From Chitinivibrionales bacterium (GTDB lineage: Bacteria; Fibrobacterota; Chitinivibrionia; Chitinivibrionales; WJKA01): 40,497 bases of DNA. Both the position numbers and the translations under genes were made by a program. This document shows positions 17,669 through 26,547 of this stretch, one piece after another. The stretch lies in the NCBI GenBank assembly GCA_038247415.1, contig JBBRUX010000036.1, forward strand, positions 1-40,497, read 5' to 3'. Position 1 is the stretch's first letter, and every line of letters begins with the position of its first letter. The notes below the pieces were generated by a model, which was given only the letters and a program-made list of their open reading frames with translations, was not told the DNA's origin and did not search any database.

Positions 17669-19299
17669 TGGTGGCACCATCTCTGCTTTCTCCGCTTGTT
17701 TCGGTAATAATTGTTAATTACCGTGTACCCGAGTTTTTGCGGCAATGCATACATTCTCTTGCCGATGCGGCACTGTTTACTAGAACCGAGATTATTGTTG
17801 TTGATAACGCTTCGGGCGATGATTCCGAAACAATTATTACAAAGCAATTTCCTTTTGTTACATGGCTTGGCCTTAAGTCCAATGCAGGTTTTTCAAAAGC
17901 GTGCAACGTGGGGGCACGCAATGCTTTGGGCGAATTTCTTCTTTTTCTTAATCCCGATACACTCGTTTCTCATACGACCCTCTCGGCAGCAGTGGAGTTT
18001 TTTAATCAGACTGCGAATGCCGGCATTGTGGGTCCTAAAATTCTTAATGGTGATGGCACCTTACAGGTAGGATGTAAACGAAGTTTCCCAACCCCTGCAG
18101 TTGCATTTTACCGTTTGAGCGGGCTGAGCCGCATATTTCCCCACAGCAGAAGATTTGGCCGCTATAATTTAACCTATTTATCCCCCGACCAGACCGCAGA
18201 AGTAGATGCTATATCGGGTTCGTGTTTTTGGATTAGAAGAACCCTGTTTGAGCACATCGAAGGCTTTGATTAGCGTTTTTTTATGTATGGCGAAGACCTT
18301 GACTTGTGCGCAAAAGTTAAGCACTCCGGATTTGGCGTCTGGTATCACCCCATCACGAGTATCATTCACTTTAAAGGGAAAAGTTCCGGAAAACGATCGG
18401 TTGCTTCCCGACTTGCATTTTATCAAGCGATGATACTTTTCTCCCGCAAATATCGTCAAACGTACGGAACGTTTTTTCCCGACTGGCTTATTTCATTTGC
18501 TGTCCTGCTTCAGGCCGGGATCACGCTGGGGACCGGCATGGTTGCGCATGGTAAAGCCGTGATTATCGATATCGTGTGCATTAACAGCATGCTAGTACTC
18601 AGTCTCCTCATTCGTTTTGATTTTTTTAAATTTAATAATCCCTACGATATTTCGAATGCAGGGATGATGTTGTTTATGCATCTGTTTTGTTCGTCGTGTT
18701 ATATCGGAGCGCTTGTGTATCGCAAAGTATATCGTCGTGATCGCGCAGTGCTTGTTAATGTACTTGCAGCAGGCACAGGCGCGTCGGTTGTATTCATGGC
18801 ATTTTTATTTTTTGTTAAGAGTATGGCATATTCGCGTATCGCTTTTGGATTTGCGGCCTTGGGCATTACGGCATGTCTTGCGCTCTGGCGTTTGATGGTG
18901 CCACGAGCCCTAGGACATATAAGAAAATTCATGTATTCGACAGGGCGGGTTATTGTGCTTGGCAATGGCCCCATTGCCAAGCGGCTTCTCAAAGACCTGG
19001 AAGCAGATCCAACAGCAGCGGTTTTGGGGATTATCTGGCCACAGAGTGGAAAACTACCATCGGAGATGAATGGATATCCTGTTCTTGGGTCGTTATCAGA
19101 TATTCCCCGCATTCTTGCGCGGGAACGGTGCAATGTTTTGCTTATTGCATCGGACGAGGCGTGGTACTCGTATGTTATTAGTGCGCTATCTTCTCATTCG
19201 GTTAAGGATCTGACGGTGCGGTGGGTGCCCCAAGAATTATGCGGCCTTGCCCCTGCCAATTTGCCTGCGTCAATTCCACTCAAAGATTTTTCGGTATAA
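17668..19299 (+). pseudogene. GT2 glycosyltransferase fused to a membrane segment and a Rossmann (CoA-binding-like) domain, interrupted by an in-frame TAG at 18271-18273
   Basis: The start overlaps the upstream stop (TAATG). Motifs VSVIIVNY, VVDNAS.D, LFLNPD, then GFD*RFFMYGEDLDLC (family pattern GFDERFFMYGEDxD). The two track ORFs 17629-18273 and 18283-19299 are in the same frame. Confidence 0.8.
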
Positions 19300-19304
19300 G
19301 TGTC

Positions 19305-20195
19305 TTATGTGCACAACGACTGCGAATTGGACACCCCTAACGATTCATATATTCTGCGGGTTGCAGCCGATTTGTTAAGCGTGTAAAAGTGTATTCCGGC
19401 TACTTTATTATCGATAAGATCGCGAACTTGCTCGCTTGCCCATTGTACCCCAACGTTTTCGACATATAAAGAAGATTCTGCACGCCCAATGGCCCGCTGC
19501 AATCGTGCAGGAAACCGGGTATTAGGAGAGAGCTCTGCCATTCGCTGCATTCCTTTGACCGAGACGATGGGCATAATGCCGGCAATAATGGGAATGGTGA
19601 TGTGGGCCAATTCACAGCGTTCACGAAAATCGTAGAATTCGTGATTGTCAAAGAAAAGCTGAGTGCAAATATAGTCGGCCCCTGCATCTACCTTGGCTTT
19701 GAGATGATCCATTTCGATAAGGCGATTGACAGCTTTAGGGTGCCCTTCGGGAAATCCTGCAACGCCAATCCCCATAGAGGGAAAGCTCTTTTTGATAAAT
19801 GCTACAAGGCTATTGGCATAAGTAAACCCTCCTTGCGTGGGAACCCATTCTGCTTGCAAGGTAGGTGGATCTCCGCGTAGTGCCAAGACATTGCCAATTC
19901 CCTGATCGACATAGGTCGTAAGCAAGGAGTCTATCTCTTCGGCCGAGGATCCCACGCAGGTAAGATGCGAAACAACCGGTATTTCGATTTCTTTTTGTAT
20001 ACGGACCACAAGTTCCCGGGTAAGTTCGCGGGTAGAGCCCCCCGCACCATAGGTGACACTTACAAACGAAGGCGCAAGCTTTTTGAGTTCGGTTATTGCA
20101 AGAAGCAGCTCGTCGGATGCAAGGGCCGTTTTAGGTGGAAAAAATTCGAAACTAAAGCTTGGAAATTGATTTTTAAGAATAGTGCTGATATGCAT
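19305..20195 (-). CDS. metF: Methylenetetrahydrofolate reductase
   Basis: Motifs FSFEFFPPK, SVTYGAGGS, HLTC, LALRGDPP, TQLFFD and HFYTLN. Confidence 0.97.
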   Translation of the reverse strand: MHISTILKNQFPSFSFEFFPPKTALASDELLLAITELKKLAPSFVSVTYGAGGSTRELTRELVVRIQKEIEIPVVSHLTCVGSSAEEIDSLLTTYVDQGIGNVLALRGDPPTLQAEWVPTQGGFTYANSLVAFIKKSFPSMGIGVAGFPEGHPKAVNRLIEMDHLKAKVDAGADYICTQLFFDNHEFYDFRERCELAHITIPIIAGIMPIVSVKGMQRMAELSPNTRFPARLQRAIGRAESSLYVENVGVQWASEQVRDLIDNKVAGIHFYTLNKSAATRRIYESLGVSNSQSLCT

Positions 20196-20218
20196 GAGCC
20201 GCCCTGTAAAAGGTTGAT

Positions 20219-21043
20219 TTAAGCAATAATTCCATCAAAGACAAAGTGCGCTGGTCCCGTCATATAAACTTCATGGGTTGGGTCTCCATCCCATTGTATG
20301 CGAAGATCCCCACCAAGCAGGTGAACGGTAACATCGTTGCCGTGTTTCTTGTTGATGATTCCCGCAACAACAGATGCGCACGCACCGGTACCGCATGCCA
20401 TTGTTTCGCCACATCCTCGTTCCCACACCCGCATGGTTATTTCGGATGGTGATTCTACCCGAATAAATTCGATGTTTGCTTTTGCAGGGAAAAACGGATG
20501 TTTTTCTAAAAGAGGCCCGTGCCCAAGCACCAACGCATCTGATAAGTCGTTGTCGTAAATGACGGCATGGGGATTCCCCATAGAAATAGCAGTTGCTAAA
20601 TAGGTAGTGCCATTGACACTAAGAGGTTCCATGATTACCGGTGTTTTAGAACTTGTTGTAGGTATTTGTGGCCCGGAAAGTATGGGCGCACCCATGGCAA
20701 CTTTTACAAGATCATCGCATATGGTAATTGTTTTAATACCTGCAAGGGTATCGATTGTTAGCGAGGATGCGGCAGTAAGGTTGTGATGCTTTAGGTATAT
20801 GCCAAAGCAACGAATTCCATTGCCACACATTTCTGGCTCGGATCCATCGGCATTCAAAATGCGCATTTTCCAATCAGCATTGTCGGATGGGAGAACAAAG
20901 ATCAGCCCGTCGGCGCCAATGCCGCGCCTTCTGTCACAGAGCGCAATAGCACGGTCTTGCATGCCTGCATTGATCTGATCTTCGGGAATATCGCGCACCA
21001 CAATAAAATCGTTAGCGCATCCTTCAAGTTTAGTAAAATGCAT
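20219..21043 (-). CDS. dapF: Diaminopimelate epimerase
   Basis: Motifs NDFI, GIGADG, NADGSEPEMCGNG, MGNPH and ERGCGETMACGTG. Confidence 0.97.
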   Translation of the reverse strand: MHFTKLEGCANDFIVVRDIPEDQINAGMQDRAIALCDRRRGIGADGLIFVLPSDNADWKMRILNADGSEPEMCGNGIRCFGIYLKHHNLTAASSLTIDTLAGIKTITICDDLVKVAMGAPILSGPQIPTTSSKTPVIMEPLSVNGTTYLATAISMGNPHAVIYDNDLSDALVLGHGPLLEKHPFFPAKANIEFIRVESPSEITMRVWERGCGETMACGTGACASVVAGIINKKHGNDVTVHLLGGDLRIQWDGDPTHEVYMTGPAHFVFDGIIA

Positions 21044-21284
21044 AAAACCCTCTGTAGCAGAATGTCTTTATTGCAGTGTATGAGTGTGTTTAACCACCAA
21101 AACATAATAATAATATACATTCCGATGCGTATCGCGTTGATAGAGAGCCTTAGAAGAAGGTTTTGTGGATATTCTAAATGCATTGTTATGCAATTTTATT
21201 TGCGAAACATACTTGAATTGCAGTATTATTACATTCATAAACTTGCATGTTTTTTTGCTCATCTTCAACTGTAAAGGGGGCTTC

Positions 21285-21725
21285 ATGCCCAATCTGAATC
21301 AGCTTCTCAAAGCAGAAATTGTTCGCATCAGTCGTAAAGAATCAAAGGCACTTTCTGCTTCAATAAAAGAAATGAATGGAAGCTTCAAGAAAAAAATAGA
21401 AGATCTTAAAGTACGGGTTGCAGCGCTTGAACTTCAAAATAAGGTACTTGTGAAAGCTGTGCCTGTCAAGAGTGCAGCGGTTGCATATACCGACACAGAA
21501 GACAATCGAAGGATTCGGGTTACCGGAAAAGGTATTCGAAGTCTTCGTGCAAACCTTAAACTAACCCAAAAAGAATTTTCATCGTTGCTGGGGATTAGCG
21601 AGCAAGCTGCATATTCCCTCGAGAAGAAAGATGGCTCTGTTCGCCTTCGTTCCACTACTCTTTCTAAGTATCTTTCATTGCGGGGCCTTGGGTCAAAAGA
21701 AGCTCGCAATCTTCTCGCTCAATAG
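21285..21725 (+). CDS. Coiled-coil plus XRE-type helix-turn-helix DNA-binding protein
   Basis: Start ATG 21285 after aaaggggg. 'MPNLNQLLKAEIVRISRKE' coiled-coil region followed by the HTH 'IRSLRANLKLTQKEFSSLLGISEQAAYSLE'. Confidence 0.8.
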   Translation: MPNLNQLLKAEIVRISRKESKALSASIKEMNGSFKKKIEDLKVRVAALELQNKVLVKAVPVKSAAVAYTDTEDNRRIRVTGKGIRSLRANLKLTQKEFSSLLGISEQAAYSLEKKDGSVRLRSTTLSKYLSLRGLGSKEARNLLAQ

Positions 21726-21760
21726 TGGACTAGCCCCATTGTTTCAAATGCATACTTATC

Positions 21761-21795
21761 AAGCTGATTTTCTTAAAAGGAGAATCAGCTTTTTT
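21761..21795 (+). terminator. Intrinsic terminator candidate
   Basis: Stem aagctgattttct / ggagaatcagctt followed by a T-run. Confidence 0.65.
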
Positions 21796-21873
21796 GTCTG
21801 GTCTATTTTCTGAGACAGCCAATTAAAGGGCCTTTGATGCGTAGTCTTTTTACATGATAAGAAAGGGGCTCCT

Positions 21874-22854
21874 ATGGCTGGGTTTATTTTTGGAAAGATC
21901 GTATCGGTTCTTATTAGCGGAATGCTTTTGGCTGTTCCGCAACAAGCGTATCAGAAAAAGATTAGCGAAATCCCTTTATTGCGTAATGTCAATGATGGCT
22001 ATGATCTGAAAGGTTGGAGCTATCAGTCGACTACGTCGCCAACAACCGGCATCGAACATTTTTATTATGCATACCCTTGCGTTCAACCAGATGCGCCTGT
22101 CATTGTTATGTTGCATGGTTTCAATACGAATGGGCGGGCGTTTCTCAATCTATCCCCGCTCTCTTCTAGGTACCGGCTCATAAGCTATAATTTCCCCGAC
22201 GAATCCAAGTTTTACCAAGGTGGAATACAGGATTTTGTACCCATGCTTGACGATTTTCTTTCGGTCATGAAGATTGACTCGGTGATACTGATGGGTAATT
22301 CTGTGGGCGGTGCTATTGCACTGCATTATGCTGCGTCACAAGGGGTTGTGCCGGTTTCGAGTCTTATTCTTGTGTCAACATCGGTGTTTGGCTCAACCGA
22401 AAAAGATCGCCGAAAAAGCATCGGTATGGCTAAAAAATTGCTCAAATATCCAGATTATAAACTTTTTTATCTGGTGGAAAAAACCAAATCGATGTTAGCA
22501 GCAATTGAAGGCGGTGGGCTTGTTGGGGAGAATACCACCGAACTTCTTCAATTGAAAAAACCGTCGTGGTACCGGCAAATACTTGCTTCGCTTGCCGAAT
22601 ATAAGGGAACTTCGGATGCTGCGGCGATCAGATGCCCTGTTATTGCTATTCATGGCGGCGCTGATCGGGTTGTTTCTCTAGATGCAGGCCGCACCATTTC
22701 AAACCAAATTCCTCAAACTCAATTTACGGTACTTGCGGGAAAAGGGCATGCAATGATATACAAAGATGGACGCGAGCTTTCTGGTATTATTGCCGAAGGC
22801 CTTGCTATGCCTGTGGAACAACATGCGTCTTTGAACAGTCCCCCCGTTCCCTAA
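21874..22854 (+). CDS. Alpha/beta hydrolase with an N-terminal signal or anchor
   Basis: Motifs LHGF, GNSVGG (nucleophile elbow), HGGADRVV and GKGHAM. Confidence 0.88.
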   Translation: MAGFIFGKIVSVLISGMLLAVPQQAYQKKISEIPLLRNVNDGYDLKGWSYQSTTSPTTGIEHFYYAYPCVQPDAPVIVMLHGFNTNGRAFLNLSPLSSRYRLISYNFPDESKFYQGGIQDFVPMLDDFLSVMKIDSVILMGNSVGGAIALHYAASQGVVPVSSLILVSTSVFGSTEKDRRKSIGMAKKLLKYPDYKLFYLVEKTKSMLAAIEGGGLVGENTTELLQLKKPSWYRQILASLAEYKGTSDAAAIRCPVIAIHGGADRVVSLDAGRTISNQIPQTQFTVLAGKGHAMIYKDGRELSGIIAEGLAMPVEQHASLNSPPVP

Positions 22855-22886
22855 ATCCCCACTAAGAATCGCACCGCCCCGCGAGA

Positions 22887-23714
22887 TTATGCAATCCCTA
22901 GTTTTTCTTTAAGTCGCGTGCGTGCTTTTTCGTCAAGGGGAAGCGTGTCGGGATTAAGCTGTGCTAGAATTGCATCTTTTTCGGCGCCGGAAAGAGAAAC
23001 GCCTTTGACCTTATGCTCGACAAATGCTTCGATTGCTGCAGGACACACTAATTTGGCAAGCATTAACATGACGTCTCCATAGGCCCGAATTTCTTTTTGC
23101 GCATGACCATCAAGTCGAAGCCGCAAAAAATGCATCAGATTGTTGAGGTCGATTTGCCAATACCATTGTGTATAGAGCGACAAAGGAAGATTAATACGTG
23201 CAAGCTCGCGAGCAATGCCATCGTCAAGCATTGCCTGGTAATTTGAATAGATGCCAGCCTGTTCTGATTTGAGAAGGTCGATAATTTTTTGGGTTATTTT
23301 TAAGGGTACGCTCTCGGTAGAACGGCCTTGCTTGTTGTTGGTACTTTGAAAGGCGATATCCTTGGCATCAGGAACATAAAAATGGTCTTCCATGACACTA
23401 TATCTGCCAGAAATCTCGTTTAATCGGGCTGTACGATGGCGCACCCATTGACGGGCAACAAAAATGGGCAGTTTGACATGAAAGGTAAAAATGACCTGCT
23501 CGAAAGGAGATGTGTGATCGTTGCGAAGGAGGTACGAAATGAGCCCTTTGTCTTCGCGGGAGGTTTTGGTACCTTTCCCATAGGAAACACGTGCCGATTC
23601 AACGATCCGTTCATCGTTTCCAAGATAATCGACCAGCCGGACAAAACCCTTGTCCAATACTTTGAATTCTTTGTCTAGAATTGCTTCTGCTTCAGCGGAA
23701 ATGCAATGAGCCAT
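22887..23714 (-). CDS. thyX: FAD-dependent thymidylate synthase
   Basis: Motifs ARVSY, HTSPFE, ARQWVRHRTARLNEISGRY (ThyX signature), RELAR and HAQKEIR. Confidence 0.97.
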   Translation of the reverse strand: MAHCISAEAEAILDKEFKVLDKGFVRLVDYLGNDERIVESARVSYGKGTKTSREDKGLISYLLRNDHTSPFEQVIFTFHVKLPIFVARQWVRHRTARLNEISGRYSVMEDHFYVPDAKDIAFQSTNNKQGRSTESVPLKITQKIIDLLKSEQAGIYSNYQAMLDDGIARELARINLPLSLYTQWYWQIDLNNLMHFLRLRLDGHAQKEIRAYGDVMLMLAKLVCPAAIEAFVEHKVKGVSLSGAEKDAILAQLNPDTLPLDEKARTRLKEKLGIA

Positions 23715-23886
23715 TAATAACCTCGTTGTCGCATAAAATTAATTGGTTCGTGGCACGTTTGATGATTAAAAAATATACATGCAGGCGCTTTTAAATGGGG
23801 CGTACAAAGAGCATTTTTTGCAATTTGGTCACCCGCAACGAGCGCTGGGCAAGACAAAGCAGAAGAATGAAGAGAATCCAGCATAT

Positions 23887-23965
23887 ATGACAAACAATAA
23901 TAAACGTCGCAGCTACGATGAAGCATTCAAGCGTAATGCTGTCAAAGAGTTTATTGATAGCAAGA
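23887..23965 (+). pseudogene. Possible N-terminal remnant of an IS3-family transposase (OrfA)
   Basis: MTNNNKRRSYDEAFKRNAVKEFIDS resembles the IS3 OrfA start pattern RR.Y..EFK..AV. The rest of the element is absent. Confidence 0.5.
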
Positions 23966-24107
23966 GCTCTGTTTATGCTACTAATGTATATTTTCCTTGC
24001 TGGTTTTGCGCATAGCCCAACTTATCATACGCGCTTTTAAAAGGTATGGTTGAAAGGGTTTGGTATGTGCTGCACATAGCTGACATCAAATCTTGAAGGA
24101 GATTTCA

Positions 24108-24332
24108 ATGCGAAGACATATTTCAATTTCGGATGTTTTGGAGCTCGGAGTGGCGGAAAGGATAGAGTTTGTCGAAGACGTTTGGGATACCATCTCCCAG
24201 GTACCAGAATCCGTAGATTTAACGGATGATCATAAAAGAATCCTAGATGAGCGGATAGAAGCATACCATAAAAATCCAAATCTTGGGTCTCCGTGGAGCG
24301 AAGTGAAAGCGCGGATACGGAGCAGTAAATAG
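24108..24332 (+). CDS. Addiction-module antitoxin (TIGR02574-like)
   Basis: 'L.L.VAERIEFVEDVWDTI...LDERIEAY...GSPWSEVKARI'. Start ATG 24108 follows RBS gaaggag, and the stop overlaps the toxin start. Confidence 0.88.
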   Translation: MRRHISISDVLELGVAERIEFVEDVWDTISQVPESVDLTDDHKRILDERIEAYHKNPNLGSPWSEVKARIRSSK

Positions 24333-24625
24333 TGCCGTCACTTATAGTCCGGCCGGAAGCAGAGCACGATCTGCAATCTGCGTTTATCTGGTACGAAAAT
24401 CAACGGCCTGGCCTTGGGGAAGATTTTTTGCTACGAATAGAAGCTGCATTTGAATCCTTGCTCTATGATCCGTTTATCATTGCACCCATTCATAAAGATA
24501 TCCGAAGAAAGTTGATCCGCCGTTTTCCTTATGGGATCTATTTCTTTGCGGATGATTTGAACCTTTGCATCATTGCTGTTTTGCATGCCAAGCAACATCC
24601 TAAAACATGGCAACGTCGAGTTTAG
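24332..24625 (+). CDS. RelE/ParE-family toxin
   Basis: 'RPEAEHDL..A..WYENQRPGLGEDF...RRFPYGIYF...IIAVLH', translationally coupled to the antitoxin. Confidence 0.9.
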   Translation: MPSLIVRPEAEHDLQSAFIWYENQRPGLGEDFLLRIEAAFESLLYDPFIIAPIHKDIRRKLIRRFPYGIYFFADDLNLCIIAVLHAKQHPKTWQRRV

Positions 24626-24744
24626 AATATTCCGATCGAGCCACTTCAATACATAGGAAACCATCAAGAACAGATTTGCGCTGATAGGCATACTCAACCT
24701 CCACTTCGGCGCACAGGGCGCTTGAACCGTTTACAGGGAAAAGC

Positions 24745-24790
24745 AAAAAAAATGGCCATCCCCATATTCTTTGCAAATGGGGATGGCCAT
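24745..24790 (-). terminator. Intrinsic terminator of the MORN-repeat lipoprotein gene
   Basis: Perfect 14-bp stem atggccatccccat (24752-24765) / atggggatggccat (24777-24790), preceded by an A-run on the + strand. Confidence 0.85.
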
Positions 24791-24817
24791 AATAGAATCG
24801 CAGGATGGCAAAATCAA

Positions 24818-25564
24818 TTATTTCATCGATTTTCCATCGACCATCTGACCGTCTTTATACATTACCTCAGATTCGAGTTTACCGCTCTCGCCAAATTGGC
24901 GACGGGGTCCATCATAGGCACCTTGCTTATAAGCGCCTTCTTCCATTTTTTTACCACTTGGCCAGAATGTTGCGTAAGGCCCATCAAGAATGTCCTTGAG
25001 ATAGGTTTCTTCTTTGAGGAGAAGGCCTGTGGCCGCGCTATATTTCTGATATCTGCCAGTTCGATTGCTGCTTGCATAAGTAATGATTTCAACGGGCTTG
25101 CCCTCTGACGTCCACGTGGTGGCAACGCCCTCTTTTTTACCGGCGTTAAAGGTTGCCATTGAAGCTTTGTTTCCATTTTCCCAATAGCTAATCATATCGC
25201 CTTCTGCATCACCATTCACAAAATTGGCTTCGCTTTTAATTTGCCCATTTTCGAACCAGGAAATATCCTTGCCATTAACTTTGTCGGCGGTATAGTTGGT
25301 TTCCCGATATTTTTTTCCACCTTTGTAATAAACAGTGGTAAGGCTGTCCTTAAGCTTGTTTTTGAAGTTTTGTTCCGATTGTAGAGATCCATCGGGAAAT
25401 TGGATGGTAGTTTTAACAACATTATCCAATCGTCCAAGGTAATAAACCGATTTTTTTGGTTTGCCATCTGGATAGGTTTCTTGAACCATGCTCTTAATCG
25501 TGGCATCTCCGCACCCAATCACGCAAACTGCAGCACCAAAGACTGCCCACAAACGAAAACGCAT
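24818..25564 (-). CDS. MORN-2/YwqK-like repeat lipoprotein
   Basis: Lipobox VIGC and repeated 'Y/W..NG....E..Y..G...G' units. Confidence 0.85.
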   Translation of the reverse strand: MRFRLWAVFGAAVCVIGCGDATIKSMVQETYPDGKPKKSVYYLGRLDNVVKTTIQFPDGSLQSEQNFKNKLKDSLTTVYYKGGKKYRETNYTADKVNGKDISWFENGQIKSEANFVNGDAEGDMISYWENGNKASMATFNAGKKEGVATTWTSEGKPVEIITYASSNRTGRYQKYSAATGLLLKEETYLKDILDGPYATFWPSGKKMEEGAYKQGAYDGPRRQFGESGKLESEVMYKDGQMVDGKSMK

Positions 25565-25773
25565 ATCCCCTCCTTAAACAATGATTAAAACACAATTCTT
25601 TTCGTAGGTATAATATGCATGCCGAAGCAACAGCTGTCAATATTGTAGTACGCCTTTGGAATGATCGCTAGAAAACGTTTCATACCGGGGTTGAGGATCT
25701 TGAATGTGGGAAGCATTTAAAAAAATGCAAGGAGAGCACTTTTTTGTCTGCGCAATGACTTATAATTATTACC

Positions 25774-26547
25774 ATGCAATTCAGACCTTGTATAGATCTT
25801 CATGATGGCCGCGTAAAGCAGATTGTTGGCGCTACGCTGCGCGATGGTAATGCCCCGCAAACAAATTTCGAAACCACGATCGCTCCCGCCGATTTCGCCA
25901 TGCGCTATAAGGCCGATGATTTACGCGGAGGACATGTAATCATGCTGGGGCCCGGCAATACTTCAGCAGCGCTTTCGGCGTTACATGCTTTTAAAGGAGG
26001 CATGCAGATTGGCGGTGGTATTACCGATGCAAACGCTTCTTTTTTCCTTGATAATGGGGCATCGCATGTAATCGTAACGTCATTTGTTTTTAAACAGGGT
26101 GCCATTTGTTACGACAATTTAAATGCGCTTGTTAAGAACATAGGAAAAGAGCGCTTGGTATTAGACCTCAGCTGCAAGAAAAAAGATGGCCACTATTTTA
26201 TTGTAACAGATCGATGGCAGACATTTACCGACATAGAGGTGTCCCAAAAAACGTTTGCTGAATTGTCGGTGCACTGCGATGAATTCCTCGTGCATGCGGC
26301 AGACGTAGAAGGCAAACGGGGCGGTATCGATGAAGACTTGGTATCGATTCTTGCTCAGTTTGATGGAATTCCCGTGACCTATGCAGGAGGTGTCGCCACA
26401 CTCGATGATGTGGCGCGTGTGGCAGTGGTCGGGAAAAATCGGGTACATCTGACTATCGGAAGCGCCCTTGATATATTCGGGGGAGCCCTCACATATTCCG
26501 ATGTGGTATCACTATGTAAACGCTTTGCTACAGGAGAAAATGCATGA
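25774..26547 (+). CDS. hisA: ProFAR isomerase, eukaryote (His6)-type
   Basis: Motifs FRPCIDLHDGRVKQIVG.TL, GGHVIMLG, QIGGGI, GASHVIVTS, LDLSC, EFLVHAADVEG and IGSALDIFGG. Confidence 0.93.
   Translation: MQFRPCIDLHDGRVKQIVGATLRDGNAPQTNFETTIAPADFAMRYKADDLRGGHVIMLGPGNTSAALSALHAFKGGMQIGGGITDANASFFLDNGASHVIVTSFVFKQGAICYDNLNALVKNIGKERLVLDLSCKKKDGHYFIVTDRWQTFTDIEVSQKTFAELSVHCDEFLVHAADVEGKRGGIDEDLVSILAQFDGIPVTYAGGVATLDDVARVAVVGKNRVHLTIGSALDIFGGALTYSDVVSLCKRFATGENA

Noticed and set aside
18271..18273. Genome-wide TAG reassignment or pyrrolysine
   Set aside because: TAG ends many clearly complete genes here (MATE, aroB, pyk, toxin, antitoxin, rpmE, prfA), and no pyl genes are present in the window.
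21179..21192. tgcat-N4-atgca palindrome as operator of the XRE protein
   Set aside because: The arms are only 5 bp in AT-rich DNA and occur once, so it is not distinguishable from chance.
23751..23765. Sigma54 promoter at tggcacgtttgatga (also tggcacggcg at 4581)
   Set aside because: Neither site has GC at the required GG-N10-GC spacing.
24010..24720. Integron cassette carrying the TA pair
   Set aside because: No convincing attC core/inverse-core pair and no integrase in the window.
24818..25564. YwqK antitoxin acting with the neighbouring ParE toxin
   Set aside because: It is an exported lipoprotein on the opposite strand with its own terminator, and the toxin already has a coupled antitoxin.
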